This document shows, piece by piece, positions 55,146-64,000 of a stretch of 64,000 bases of DNA. The position numbers and the translations under genes were made by a program. Origin of the DNA: a virus. The notes under the pieces are model-generated. The model was given only the letters and a program-made list of their open reading frames with translations, did not search any database and had not been told where the DNA came from. The stretch lies in the IMG/VR virus record IMGVR_UViG_3300044641_003190, positions 1 through 64,000 of that record, one strand, 5' to 3'. Position 1 is the first letter of the stretch; each line of letters starts with the position of its first letter.

Positions 55146-55524
55146 TTTAATAGATCCACCAGTAGTACCAACGGTGTACCCAAGCGGTGTTGCCGTATCT
55201 GATGGAATCAATACTTATTTTATTAAGAATGGTAAAAAATATAGAGTAATCTCTGACAGGGCTTTAGAGAGCTGGGGATTCTCTGTTTGGTATGGAAGTC
55301 CAGAATCTCTTTCTAAGACGGTCCTAGGGGGTATTCTAGGCTTTAGAGACGGTACTGTGATTAAGGACATATCAAATGGTAAAATATATCTAGTGGTAAA
55401 TAGCAAAAAACAGCATATTACAAGTCCAGATGTGTTTACTAAGTTTGGTATTGATATAGAGTCAATATTATTAGTAAGCCATAAAGAGGCTGAATTGCAC
55501 AAGGATGGGGAGCCAATAAATTGA
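55063..55524 (+). CDS. Hypothetical protein with a two-fold internal repeat
   Basis: YFIKNGKKYRVIS..AL.SWGF and YLVVNSKKQHITSP.VF.KFG repeats; start uncertain. Confidence 0.65.
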   Translation: MRLKLLSFVQKLLEWSTRVILKTNQQNNLIDPPVVPTVYPSGVAVSDGINTYFIKNGKKYRVISDRALESWGFSVWYGSPESLSKTVLGGILGFRDGTVIKDISNGKIYLVVNSKKQHITSPDVFTKFGIDIESILLVSHKEAELHKDGEPIN

Positions 55525-56132
55525 CTATAAATTATCTGAAGCCGTTTGAGCCAGGAGACCCAATAGACATAAATGTATTAAATAAACTTATACAGAATGT
55601 TAACTATTTGTCTTCTCAGATTGCACAAATTTATAAACTTCCTGCTGTAGAGGCACCAGTATTAGTATCTGGTCCAGTTGGAGTAACTGGAGGATCAACA
55701 AGCTCTGGAACAAGCACATCTACAACAAATAATCCTGGAACGTCCTATGTTGATTATCCATTAAAGTGGATTGATAGCAATATTAATTTTAGTAGTGTTA
55801 ATAATAGAGTTGTCAGGTCAGTAACTTCATCAATATTGTCAACATACCTACCTGGTATAAAGTACACCAGTTTTGAAATTTTATCAGCATCTACATCTAG
55901 TTTATTTTTTCACCCAGGAGGAAATCAAAACTCTAGGTCTCAGGCCAATGGTGTAAGGTTAGACTATTATAAAGTAGACCCAGGTAAGCAGTCTTTTAGC
56001 TTTATGCCTAAGAAAAATGGAGTCGATGGAACGGTCTACAGGTCTGGTATCAATGGCCCACTAACAAATGGTGGAACGCTCAGCAATAGGCTATTGGCAA
56101 CATTCGATATTACTGTTAGACTATATAAGTAG
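55521..56132 (+). CDS. Hypothetical (possible virion) protein
   Basis: ORF track; PGDPIDINVLN.L..N N-terminus. Confidence 0.6.
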   Translation: MTINYLKPFEPGDPIDINVLNKLIQNVNYLSSQIAQIYKLPAVEAPVLVSGPVGVTGGSTSSGTSTSTTNNPGTSYVDYPLKWIDSNINFSSVNNRVVRSVTSSILSTYLPGIKYTSFEILSASTSSLFFHPGGNQNSRSQANGVRLDYYKVDPGKQSFSFMPKKNGVDGTVYRSGINGPLTNGGTLSNRLLATFDITVRLYK

Positions 56133-56395
56133 TGTACAAGCCAATCACTGATTGGTCTAAAAGAAAAAAAGAAAAACTAAATAAGTATATAGTTGTATGG
56201 GTACCAGAACACCCTAAGTCATTTAGCGGTGGATGGTATTACGAACATAGACTAGTTTTAGAAAAACAATTAAATAGGATCCTTAAAGCTTGGGAGACAA
56301 TCCATCACCTAGATGGAAATAAAGAAAACAACTCAATAGACAATCTCTTTCCGTGTACGGAAAGGGAACATAGATATGCTCACGAAATAGCTTGA
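56132..56395 (+). CDS. HNH endonuclease
   Basis: EHRLV.E..L.R.L...E.IHHLDGNKENN.IDNL. Confidence 0.85.
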   Translation: MYKPITDWSKRKKEKLNKYIVVWVPEHPKSFSGGWYYEHRLVLEKQLNRILKAWETIHHLDGNKENNSIDNLFPCTEREHRYAHEIA

Positions 56396-56447
56396 CTTTA
56401 TAGTCAGGGCAAGAGTAGAATAGATATAGGACACAGAAGGGTTCTTA

Positions 56448-57263
56448 ATGAGTAACGATTTAAAGTGGATGCTATCATCCGACCAGCAGTTCCCATACCA
56501 GGATGATAAGGCTATCGCTTTATGGTTTAAGGTTATGAAATGGTTTAAACCAGACGTAGTAGATTACCTTGGCGATACAGACGATCAGGCATGCTACAGT
56601 AAATATACCGAAGGCAAGCCAACTGAGTTTATTAAAGCTTATAAGAACGACAATGTAACAAATGATCTAGAGCTAATGATAAAAGATATGCGTATCGAAG
56701 CAAGTGGCGCTAGAGAGTTTTATGCCAAGACTAGAAAAATGTTGCCTAAAGCACAACTGTTCTCTGCTCTTGGAAATCACGATATTAGAATTTTTGATTA
56801 TCTAGATAAGAAAATACCAGAGTACGCAAAGCATGTAACACCAGAAGCTTTATGGGGACTAGACTCTATGGGGTATGACTATATCTATTACAATGAACTA
56901 CCGAAAAAAAGATTTGGTGATATCCATGTTCATCATGGAATGTCAATTAGCGCAACTGGCGCAGTAAGAAAAGATATGGAAGATATGCAAATATCTTTAA
57001 TCCGTGGTCACTCACATAGAATTGCATCACACCTACAAACCTATGAATTAAGAAATGGTGGTAAGGGTGAGACTATTAGAGGATATGAGATTGGACACAT
57101 GTGTGATGAAAAAGGTCCAGGTATGAAATATACTCAGCACCATGACTGGCAAAAAGGATTTGCAGTTGCACACATTGAAAACGGAAAATATCCACATATA
57201 AACATGATTCATATTTCTCCAAATTATACATGCGTTGTAGATGGGAAAATGTTTTCTCTATGA
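56448..57263 (+). CDS. Calcineurin-like metallophosphoesterase
   Basis: SDQQ, LGD.DD, GNHD, HHG, GHSHR, WQKGF. Confidence 0.85.
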   Translation: MSNDLKWMLSSDQQFPYQDDKAIALWFKVMKWFKPDVVDYLGDTDDQACYSKYTEGKPTEFIKAYKNDNVTNDLELMIKDMRIEASGAREFYAKTRKMLPKAQLFSALGNHDIRIFDYLDKKIPEYAKHVTPEALWGLDSMGYDYIYYNELPKKRFGDIHVHHGMSISATGAVRKDMEDMQISLIRGHSHRIASHLQTYELRNGGKGETIRGYEIGHMCDEKGPGMKYTQHHDWQKGFAVAHIENGKYPHINMIHISPNYTCVVDGKMFSL

Positions 57264-57451
57264 TGTTTTGTAAAAGGTGTAGAACTGGCAGGGTGTTCAT
57301 AGACAGGGTTTATTCCCAGTACGATCACCTTGAGCTATACTGTATTAAATGCGCTAAAAGATGGGTCTTTCATAAACAAGGGAGCAGATTTGCATCATGG
57401 CTAATGAAAAAAGAAGCCGAAAGAGCAAAGACTTACGGTACTTTTTCTTAA
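57260..57451 (+). CDS. Zinc-ribbon protein
   Basis: CKRC...CIKC; start moved to the ATGA overlap at 57260. Confidence 0.7.
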   Translation: MMFCKRCRTGRVFIDRVYSQYDHLELYCIKCAKRWVFHKQGSRFASWLMKKEAERAKTYGTFS

Positions 57452-57912
57452 ACGGAGAACTCCATAAGAAGTTGCACGTAAACAAGTCCTCGGACGTTAT
57501 AACTGCTTGGAATTATACTCAAGCAAAACGTATCGGATACTCTCTTAGCGATGCAAAAAAGAATTTGCAGCAGGCATACACCATTAATGAGGCAGCACTT
57601 TTATTGAATAGACATAGAAACAGAATCCTTGAGTATATTGAAAAAGGATTTATATCTAAACCTAGAATGAGTTATACGCTAGATTCTAAAAAGAAGCCAG
57701 TAAAGTATTTAATGTCAGAAGATGATGTTATGGCTGTAAGAGAATTTTTATCTACATTGCATAGAGGTAGACCAAGAAAAGATGGTCTTATTACTTCAAA
57801 GAATGTACCTACTAAACAGGAGCTACGTGCAAAAATTAAAAATGAAGTTGTACTATATCAGCAAACAGAAGACGGTGAGTTTATACCTGTCTGGAAACAA
57901 CCAGAGTGGTAA
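57397..57912 (+). CDS. HTH DNA-binding protein with an AT-hook-like motif
   Basis: YTINEAALLLNRHRNRILEYIEKG (excisionase/MerR-like HTH), RGRPRK. Confidence 0.7.
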   Translation: MANEKRSRKSKDLRYFFLNGELHKKLHVNKSSDVITAWNYTQAKRIGYSLSDAKKNLQQAYTINEAALLLNRHRNRILEYIEKGFISKPRMSYTLDSKKKPVKYLMSEDDVMAVREFLSTLHRGRPRKDGLITSKNVPTKQELRAKIKNEVVLYQQTEDGEFIPVWKQPEW

Positions 57913-58226
57913 GAATGACTAAGCAAACAAAAAAGGCTGTTAAAAAGACAACAAAGAAAGCTGTAAAAAAGAAAGTTGTTAAAAGACCAAGAATGCAATC
58001 TGAGCCTGATCACAAGGTAGATATTAATCAGGAGCTAGCATATACTAGGTCTGCAGTTTATTTAGAAGAAGCTGGAAGTAGAGCAGCAACATCTAAAAAC
58101 ATAGAAGGACTATTGTTGGTTGCAAAAGGATGGATGGAATTAGCTGATATGTTAGACACTGGACAGCACTCTAAGAAACGTGCTAAACTGGGATTCAGAC
58201 CACATGGAGAGGAAGATCATGAGTGA
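57906..58226 (+). CDS. Hypothetical protein with a Lys-rich N-terminus
   Basis: ORF track; KKAVKKTTKKAVKKK. Confidence 0.65.
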   Translation: MVRMTKQTKKAVKKTTKKAVKKKVVKRPRMQSEPDHKVDINQELAYTRSAVYLEEAGSRAATSKNIEGLLLVAKGWMELADMLDTGQHSKKRAKLGFRPHGEEDHE

Positions 58227-58437
58227 AATTGATAGCACAAGAGTAACCGTAACCCTGGGGTTTACCAAGAACCTAGGTAACTTTGAAAGCCTAAGAGTAG
58301 ATATTGGAATACAAGATCATTTAAGATCTGGTGAAAATATTAGTGATGCAACTGATCGTGTCTATAAGTTTGTTGAAAAAAAGTTAGAAGAAAAAGCAAC
58401 AGAGATAGCGGAAGAACTAAGTGTCGGCAAAAAGTGA
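58219..58437 (+). CDS. Conserved phage protein
   Basis: VTLGFTKNLGNFESLRVDIG; start moved to 58219 (GGAGAGG SD). Confidence 0.7.
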   Translation: MSEIDSTRVTVTLGFTKNLGNFESLRVDIGIQDHLRSGENISDATDRVYKFVEKKLEEKATEIAEELSVGKK

Positions 58438-58774
58438 TCCAAAACTATCCTATGCATTAATATCATTATATGAAAATTTATATTTAGATAGGTATGGGAA
58501 GAGGCCAGTGGTTAACAGGTACAGAGAAAAGTGGGGCATGCAGGACGTCATAGAGTCTGTCGGCTTTGATCGTGCTAAAGAGCTTATGGAATATTATTTT
58601 AAAACTGGTAAGCCTGGACACCCAGTAAACTGGTTTTTTATGAATTTTGATAATATAGATAAAATGTTATACCAGAAGGCCGAAGATGAAATTAATAGAA
58701 AAAAGCTTAAAGAATTAACTAGACAAATGGTAGAAGAGATGGAGAAGGATGAACACCGAAGCAGCAGTAATTAG
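58421..58774 (+). CDS. Hypothetical protein upstream of helicase (possible loader)
   Basis: Position; overlaps the dnaB start. Confidence 0.6.
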   Translation: MSAKSDPKLSYALISLYENLYLDRYGKRPVVNRYREKWGMQDVIESVGFDRAKELMEYYFKTGKPGHPVNWFFMNFDNIDKMLYQKAEDEINRKKLKELTRQMVEEMEKDEHRSSSN

Positions 58775-59963
58775 TGCGGTATGCAAAAACAAAGATATTA
58801 GCGTTCTTCTTGCAGACAACGTAGATGAAGTATTTCAGTCCCACAAAGACGTTTGGGATGGTTTAAAGTCATACTATTATAAGTTTAGGGCTGTTCCAGA
58901 TATTGGTGTGCTGCAAGACAAGTACAGAGATTTTGATGCCGTAGATGTAAATGCAGAAACTGGATTTTATTTAGAGCAAATGAAGTCAGAGTTTCTTGGA
59001 AACAAAATTAAAACAATTATTTTAAACTCTGGATCCTCTTTAAAAGAAAATGCTCCATCAAGAGTTTTACAACAAATGCAAATGCAGTTAGCTGGACTTA
59101 GCAAGTTTACCAACAATGTTAGAGACTTGGATATTACTGACATTCAGTCTGCCACAGATCACTATTTATCGGTAAGAGATAGATCATTGGCCATGGGCGG
59201 TTCACCAGGAATACCAACTGGATTTAAAGCAATAGACGCTGCGTATCCAACTGGTCTAGCCCCAGGACACCTTGCGGTGGTTATTGGTTGGCCAGGAAAA
59301 GGAAAGACTTGGTTTACATCCTACTTAGCTTGTAAGGCGTGGGAGCAGGGATTTAAGCCTATGATTATATCTCTTGAAATGTCTCCAGAGAATATGCGTG
59401 ACCGTATATATACAATGCTGGGTTCTGGATTGTTTAGGGCAAGCCAATTTCAAAGAGGAGATATTAACCTAGACGATTTTGGAACATGGGCAAACAAAAG
59501 CTTTAAAGACAAGCGTGGCTTTATCTTGGTGTCCAATGAAGGAACTAATGAAGTAACGCCAGCTACTGTTCAGGGTAAGATAGAGCAGCACAGACCAGAC
59601 CTTGTAATTTTAGATTATCACCAATTGTTTAATGACAATAAAAGATCTAATTCTGAAGTTGAAAGAAATAGAAATATTTCTAGAGAGTTCAAGTTGCTTG
59701 CGGTAACAAATAACATACCTGTTATTGATATTACTGCTGCTACTGCGGATGATATATCTGACCACGATACTCCACCTATGATGAGCCAGGTGGCTTGGTC
59801 AAAGGCTATCGAGTATGATGCAGATATAGCTATGGCTGTCCATAGACATCCAGATACAAATATGATTGAGATTGTGTCTAGAAAAAATAGACACGGAAGA
59901 GATTTTAGCTTCTTTTTGGACTGGGATATTGATAGGGGTATAATTAAAGAACTGTACGAGTAG
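58749..59963 (+). CDS. dnaB: Replicative DnaB-like helicase
   Basis: IPTGF..ID, GWPGKGKT (Walker A), SLEM, ILDY, IEYDAD, KNRHG. Confidence 0.92.
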   Translation: MNTEAAVISAVCKNKDISVLLADNVDEVFQSHKDVWDGLKSYYYKFRAVPDIGVLQDKYRDFDAVDVNAETGFYLEQMKSEFLGNKIKTIILNSGSSLKENAPSRVLQQMQMQLAGLSKFTNNVRDLDITDIQSATDHYLSVRDRSLAMGGSPGIPTGFKAIDAAYPTGLAPGHLAVVIGWPGKGKTWFTSYLACKAWEQGFKPMIISLEMSPENMRDRIYTMLGSGLFRASQFQRGDINLDDFGTWANKSFKDKRGFILVSNEGTNEVTPATVQGKIEQHRPDLVILDYHQLFNDNKRSNSEVERNRNISREFKLLAVTNNIPVIDITAATADDISDHDTPPMMSQVAWSKAIEYDADIAMAVHRHPDTNMIEIVSRKNRHGRDFSFFLDWDIDRGIIKELYE

Positions 59964-59977
59964 AAAGATGCGACAGT

Positions 59978-60295
59978 TTGACCCACAAAAGAATAAAGCG
60001 TTTTAAAGTAAATGGTACATTTAGGGACGATTCGGACATGATCCGAATACGTGCCCAGTTTGAGTCCACTTTAATTCAATCTATGCGTGGGGATGGTTAT
60101 ATACCAGTGCTTGACATAGACCCAGCCTTTTCAGTATCATATAATGTAGAAGATAAAAAATGGTCGTTTGTATTAACGATTCAAGGTATTTATATAGGAA
60201 AGGTTAAGGCGTGGCAAATAGAGGGATTCTCAAGCGGCAAGATGCTTCCACGCAGTATACCGAAAAGCAAGTCAAAAAAGTCCTTAAGTCGATAG
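59978..60295 (+). CDS. Conserved hypothetical protein
   Basis: ORF track; GYIPVLDIDP. Confidence 0.65.
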   Translation: MTHKRIKRFKVNGTFRDDSDMIRIRAQFESTLIQSMRGDGYIPVLDIDPAFSVSYNVEDKKWSFVLTIQGIYIGKVKAWQIEGFSSGKMLPRSIPKSKSKKSLSR

Positions 60296-61236
60296 AGATT
60301 AAGTTAGTTTCTGAAACAGGAAATGACTTTTTATGTCTATGCCCAATTCATGGAAACAGAAACACGCCAAGCTTATCAGTATCAAAACAAACTGGACTGT
60401 TCCTTTGCTTTAATCCATCATGCGGTGCAAGTGGATCTTTGCAAGAGTTAGTTAAAACAGTTACTAAAAGAAATGAATTTGAATCCTTAAGATTAATATC
60501 TAAATGTGTTACTGATTCGCTAGAAGATTTTGATGAACAGGTTATAGAGGTTTTAGAAGAGAAGCCAGATTTTGTACAGTTTGATCCACTTATACTAGAC
60601 AAGCTTTGGTCAGAGATGAGCTCGTATCCAGATGGTAGAGAGTATATGCATGGTCGTGGATTTAATGATGAAACTCTAAACTATTTTCAGGTTGGGTATT
60701 CTCATAATCAAGAAATGGTTACAGTTCCAGTTCACTCTCCAGATGGACTACCAATAGGAATTGTTGGTCGGGGCATAAAAGATAAAAAGTTTAAAAACTC
60801 TACTGGGTTACCAAAAACCAAAACATTATTCAATGTACATAGGGCCAAGAGATTGTCATCAACAGTAGTAGTTACAGAAGCATCGTTTGATGCAATGAGA
60901 GTACACCAAGCTGGATATCCAAATGTTGTTGCAACACTGGGAGGACACCTAAGCCCACATAATTACGACCTTCTTAATAGATATTTTACAAAGATCATAA
61001 TAGCAACAGACTTTGACGACAAGTCTAGCCATAATGGAAAAAATCCAGGAAGAGACTTAGGAAATTCAATATCTAATAAACTAAAGAATAAAGATGTTTA
61101 CTGGGCTAGTTATGAATATAATGTTGTATACCCACACGGAGCTAAAGATATGGGTGATATGACTGATGAAGAAATAAAGCAGTGTATAGAAAACTCTGTA
61201 CCAAATTACGAGTACCACTCTTGGGAAATCTACTAG
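60211..61236 (+). CDS. dnaG: DNA primase (CHC2 zinc finger plus TOPRIM)
   Basis: CPIH..TPS..CF..C, VVTEASFDAM, VATLG, TDFD, KD. Confidence 0.9.
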   Translation: MANRGILKRQDASTQYTEKQVKKVLKSIEIKLVSETGNDFLCLCPIHGNRNTPSLSVSKQTGLFLCFNPSCGASGSLQELVKTVTKRNEFESLRLISKCVTDSLEDFDEQVIEVLEEKPDFVQFDPLILDKLWSEMSSYPDGREYMHGRGFNDETLNYFQVGYSHNQEMVTVPVHSPDGLPIGIVGRGIKDKKFKNSTGLPKTKTLFNVHRAKRLSSTVVVTEASFDAMRVHQAGYPNVVATLGGHLSPHNYDLLNRYFTKIIIATDFDDKSSHNGKNPGRDLGNSISNKLKNKDVYWASYEYNVVYPHGAKDMGDMTDEEIKQCIENSVPNYEYHSWEIY

Positions 61237-61302
61237 AATGGTGTATACTAGAATGACAGAGACATTTATAGTCTCAAATATCAGAAAAGGAAAACATATA
61301 AT

Positions 61303-61974
61303 ATGATGGCAATAGTAAAAGGGCTTAAGAACATTAACAATGCTCTAGACAAGCCAAGCGATTCAGAAGGTAGCAAAGCTCGTTGGGTAAAACTAGCGGA
61401 CGGCGAAAGCGTAAAGATCAGATTTTTACAAGAATTGGATCCAGACTCACCAAATTATTTAGAAAAAAATGGGTTAGGCTTTATAGCAGCAGAACATACA
61501 AACCCAAAAAACTACAAATCAAAAGCGTTATGCACATCAGATGACCAAGGTCGTTGCTGGGCATGCGAACAACACCGCAAAGATTACAAGGCTGGCTGGA
61601 AAGCACGTAGCCGACTATACATAAACGTATTAGTTGATGATGGTAAAGAAGATCCATACGTAGCAATTCTTTCACAAGGCACAAGCGGTAAGTCAATCAC
61701 CCCAACATTAATTGAATATGCTGGAGAGATGGGCAGTGTATCAAATCTCACATGGAGACTAAAGAGAAGTGGTACTGGCACATCAACAGAGTACGTAGGT
61801 ATTTCATTAGGTCAGGACAAAGAAGCCCTTGATATATCCAAGTACGAACTATTCCAACTTGAAAAGGTTGCAGTTAAGGAAATCCCATATGAGGAACAAG
61901 AAAAGTTCTACATGGTAGGAGAATCCGAAGAGCAATCATCAACCGATAACTCATCTAGTAACGTAGAGTGGTAA
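61303..61974 (+). CDS. Single-stranded DNA-binding protein (gp32-like)
   Basis: L.DGESVKIRFL, H...C..C..C zinc ligands, acidic tail; replication context. Confidence 0.75.
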   Translation: MMAIVKGLKNINNALDKPSDSEGSKARWVKLADGESVKIRFLQELDPDSPNYLEKNGLGFIAAEHTNPKNYKSKALCTSDDQGRCWACEQHRKDYKAGWKARSRLYINVLVDDGKEDPYVAILSQGTSGKSITPTLIEYAGEMGSVSNLTWRLKRSGTGTSTEYVGISLGQDKEALDISKYELFQLEKVAVKEIPYEEQEKFYMVGESEEQSSTDNSSSNVEW

Positions 61975-61976
61975 AT

Positions 61977-62002
61977 TGTAGGGGCGGGAAACCGCCCCTA
62001 CA
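61977..62002 (+). terminator. Strong hairpin between SSB and dnaE (terminator/attenuator or RNA stabiliser)
   Basis: TGTAGGGGCGG-GAAA-CCGCCCCTACA, 11 bp perfect, no U tract. Confidence 0.6.
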
Positions 62003-62022
62003 AATATTCAAGAAAGGTATAA

Positions 62023-64000
62023 ATGTCAAACTTCACACACTTACATGTGCATTCACAATATAGCGTAATGGATGGCTTAAATAGCCCCATGGAAATATTA
62101 ACTGCTGCACAAAAACTAGGACACACGTCCATTGCCATTACAGACCATGGAACTTTATCCAGCCATAGAGAGATGCAAAAGGCATCGGAAGAGCTTGGGA
62201 TGAAGCCTATACTTGGCGTAGAGGCATATATTTCTGCAACAGATAGATTTGATAAGCGTGATACAAGCAAGCGTGACGATAATACATCTATATTCAACCA
62301 CATAATTATCTTGGCTAAAAATGAAGCAGGTCTCCGTAATTTAAACAAGCTTTCAGAGATTGCTTGGACAGAGGGATATTATCATAAGCCAAGAATTGAT
62401 AGAGAGATTTTGGCTGAGTATAAAGAAGGTCTAATAGTTTTATCTGGTTGCATGAACGGACTTATATCAAAAGCAATTGAACGTGGCGAAGAAGACGAAG
62501 CACGTATGCTTGCAAAGTGGTTTAAAAATACATTTGAAGATGACTTTTATATGGAGATTCAGCCACACAACCCAGTAGAATTAAACAATAAACTTTTAGA
62601 AATTGCAGACGAGACTGGAATTAAACCAGTTGTTACAGCAGATTGTCATTTTTCATGTGAAGAAGAAAGAGCTCTTGAAGAGGCAATGCTCATCTTATCA
62701 ACATCACCTAAGCCAAACAAAGATGTAGATTTTGAAAAATCTAGACAGATAGATAATGTGTTTGAAAGATTCAATTATCTTTATCCAGAAAGAAAGATAA
62801 GCTTTGAGAATTTAGACGTTTATATTATGGACCGTAAAGAAATTGAAAAACGAATGATTGATCAGGGGATTACTAGATCAGATATATACGACAATACGGT
62901 TTTAATTGCAGACTCAGTAGGCAAATATAAATTTCATCAGAACCTTAATATTCTACCAAGACCAAAAGAGGATCCAGATGAGACTGTAAGAAAGTTTTGC
63001 TGGGAGGCAATGGAAAGACTAAAACTTACTTCTCCATGGCTAGGCAATGATGTATACGAGCTAAGACTAGAAGAAGAACTTCATGTAATTAAAGAGAAAG
63101 ATTTTGCCCCATATTTTTTGGTTATTTCAGATATGATTAACTGGGCAAAGTCTCAGAATATTTTAGTTGGACCAGGTCGTGGTTCCGCAGCAGGCTCCCT
63201 AGTTTGCTACCTATTAGGAATTACAAATGTCGACCCGATAGAATATAATTTATTGTTTTTTAGATTTATTAACGAGGAAAGAAATGACTTCCCAGATATT
63301 GATACCGACTTTGAAGACCGTAGACGTGGAGAGGTTAAGGATTATATCCGTAAAAAGTTTAAAAACGTAGCATCTATTTCTACATTTACATATTTTAAAG
63401 ATAAAGGTGTTGTGCGTGATGCTGCTCGTGTATACATGGTGCCACTTGGTGAAGTAAATAAAGCTTTAAAGTTGGTAGATACGTTCGAAGAGTTTGAAGA
63501 ATCTGAAAATCTAAAATGGTTTAGATTAAAATATCCAGAGGTTGTTAAGTTGGCAAGGCAACTTCGTGGAAGAATAAGATCTGTTGGAATGCATGCTGCA
63601 GGAGTAGTTGTTGCTAACAAACCACTTAATGCATATGCCCCAATTGAAACAAGAACTGACCCAAGCGATAAGGTTTCTGGGCGTGTACCAGTAGTTGCAT
63701 ATGACATGGACCAGGTTGCGGACATTGGATTGATTAAGCTTGACGTATTAGGGTTAAAAACGCTATCTGTAGTTTCAGATACCGTATCTATGATTGAGGA
63801 AAGAACTAAAACTAAAGTTGACCTATCTCAAATATCTCTAAAGGATGAAAAAGTATTTCAGTCATTATCTGCTGGATTTACAAAAGGCGTGTTTCAGGCA
63901 GAAGCTGTTCCATACACAAACCTACTAATTAAAATGGGAGTAAGCGAGTTTGAAGACTTGGCTGCTTCAAACGCATTGGTTAGACCAGGAGCAATGAATA
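62023..64000 (+). CDS. dnaE: DNA polymerase III alpha subunit, partial (not in ORF track; runs off the window)
   Basis: MSNFTHLHVHSQYSVMDG, AITDHG, GRGSAAGSLV, FPDIDTD, GMHAAGVV, KLDVLGLK, GVFQ. Confidence 0.95.
   Translation, partial: MSNFTHLHVHSQYSVMDGLNSPMEILTAAQKLGHTSIAITDHGTLSSHREMQKASEELGMKPILGVEAYISATDRFDKRDTSKRDDNTSIFNHIIILAKNEAGLRNLNKLSEIAWTEGYYHKPRIDREILAEYKEGLIVLSGCMNGLISKAIERGEEDEARMLAKWFKNTFEDDFYMEIQPHNPVELNNKLLEIADETGIKPVVTADCHFSCEEERALEEAMLILSTSPKPNKDVDFEKSRQIDNVFERFNYLYPERKISFENLDVYIMDRKEIEKRMIDQGITRSDIYDNTVLIADSVGKYKFHQNLNILPRPKEDPDETVRKFCWEAMERLKLTSPWLGNDVYELRLEEELHVIKEKDFAPYFLVISDMINWAKSQNILVGPGRGSAAGSLVCYLLGITNVDPIEYNLLFFRFINEERNDFPDIDTDFEDRRRGEVKDYIRKKFKNVASISTFTYFKDKGVVRDAARVYMVPLGEVNKALKLVDTFEEFEESENLKWFRLKYPEVVKLARQLRGRIRSVGMHAAGVVVANKPLNAYAPIETRTDPSDKVSGRVPVVAYDMDQVADIGLIKLDVLGLKTLSVVSDTVSMIEERTKTKVDLSQISLKDEKVFQSLSAGFTKGVFQAEAVPYTNLLIKMGVSEFEDLAASNALVRPGAMN

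Noticed and set aside
56392-56421. GTCAG near TAGAAT as another PafBC-type promoter
   Set aside because: The spacer is 8 nt rather than 10 and the first base differs; it fits an ordinary TTGACT-18-TAGAAT promoter
61998-63725. Minus-strand ORFs 61998-62348 and 63342-63725
   Set aside because: Antisense to the dnaE frame that starts at 62023
58749-64000. Inteins or introns in dnaB and dnaE (also checked for nrdJ)
   Set aside because: Lengths and motif spacing are normal, and no splice-junction or homing-endonuclease insertions are evident in the visible parts
1-64000. Prophage, integrase or alternative genetic code
   Set aside because: No integrase, att context or host housekeeping flanks; genes read through intact with the standard code and end in TAA, TAG and TGA

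Overview
AT-rich segment of a large tailed dsDNA phage. It has siphovirus-type head and tail genes, and its gene order resembles the large Streptomyces-type and freshwater actinophages. The host is inferred to be an actinobacterium, probably a low-GC one. Layout: (1) 1-1850 is a leftward cassette of microprotein genes. It is driven by four promoters matching the actinobacterial PafBC (RecA-NDp) motif TGTCRG-N10-TAnnnT, surrounded by CRP/GlxR boxes, a LexA SOS box and other repeated operators. (2) 1900-8500 is an accessory and lysis region: candidate structured ncRNAs, glycosyltransferases, a thermonuclease, Hsp20 with a ROSE-like leader, holin and endolysin, tRNA-Gly(TCC) and a secreted lytic transglycosylase. 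(3) 8556-11687 is a cobalamin module: class II ribonucleotide reductase NrdJ, a DUF4430/transcobalamin-like exported protein, a 44-aa membrane peptide and a PduO-type cobalamin adenosyltransferase. (4) 11.7-32.7 kb is a long array of fibre/decoration-like genes with an inverted glycosyltransferase cassette. (5) 32.7-56 kb holds portal, protease/scaffold, capsid, neck, tail, a frameshifted tail assembly chaperone, tape measure and minor tail genes. (6) 56-64 kb holds HNH, phosphoesterase, HTH protein, DnaB, primase, SSB and DnaE (which runs off the window). The best candidates for undescribed biology are the early cassette wired to host stress regulators and the B12 capture/activation module. 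All calls come from reading motifs by eye; no database searches were run.
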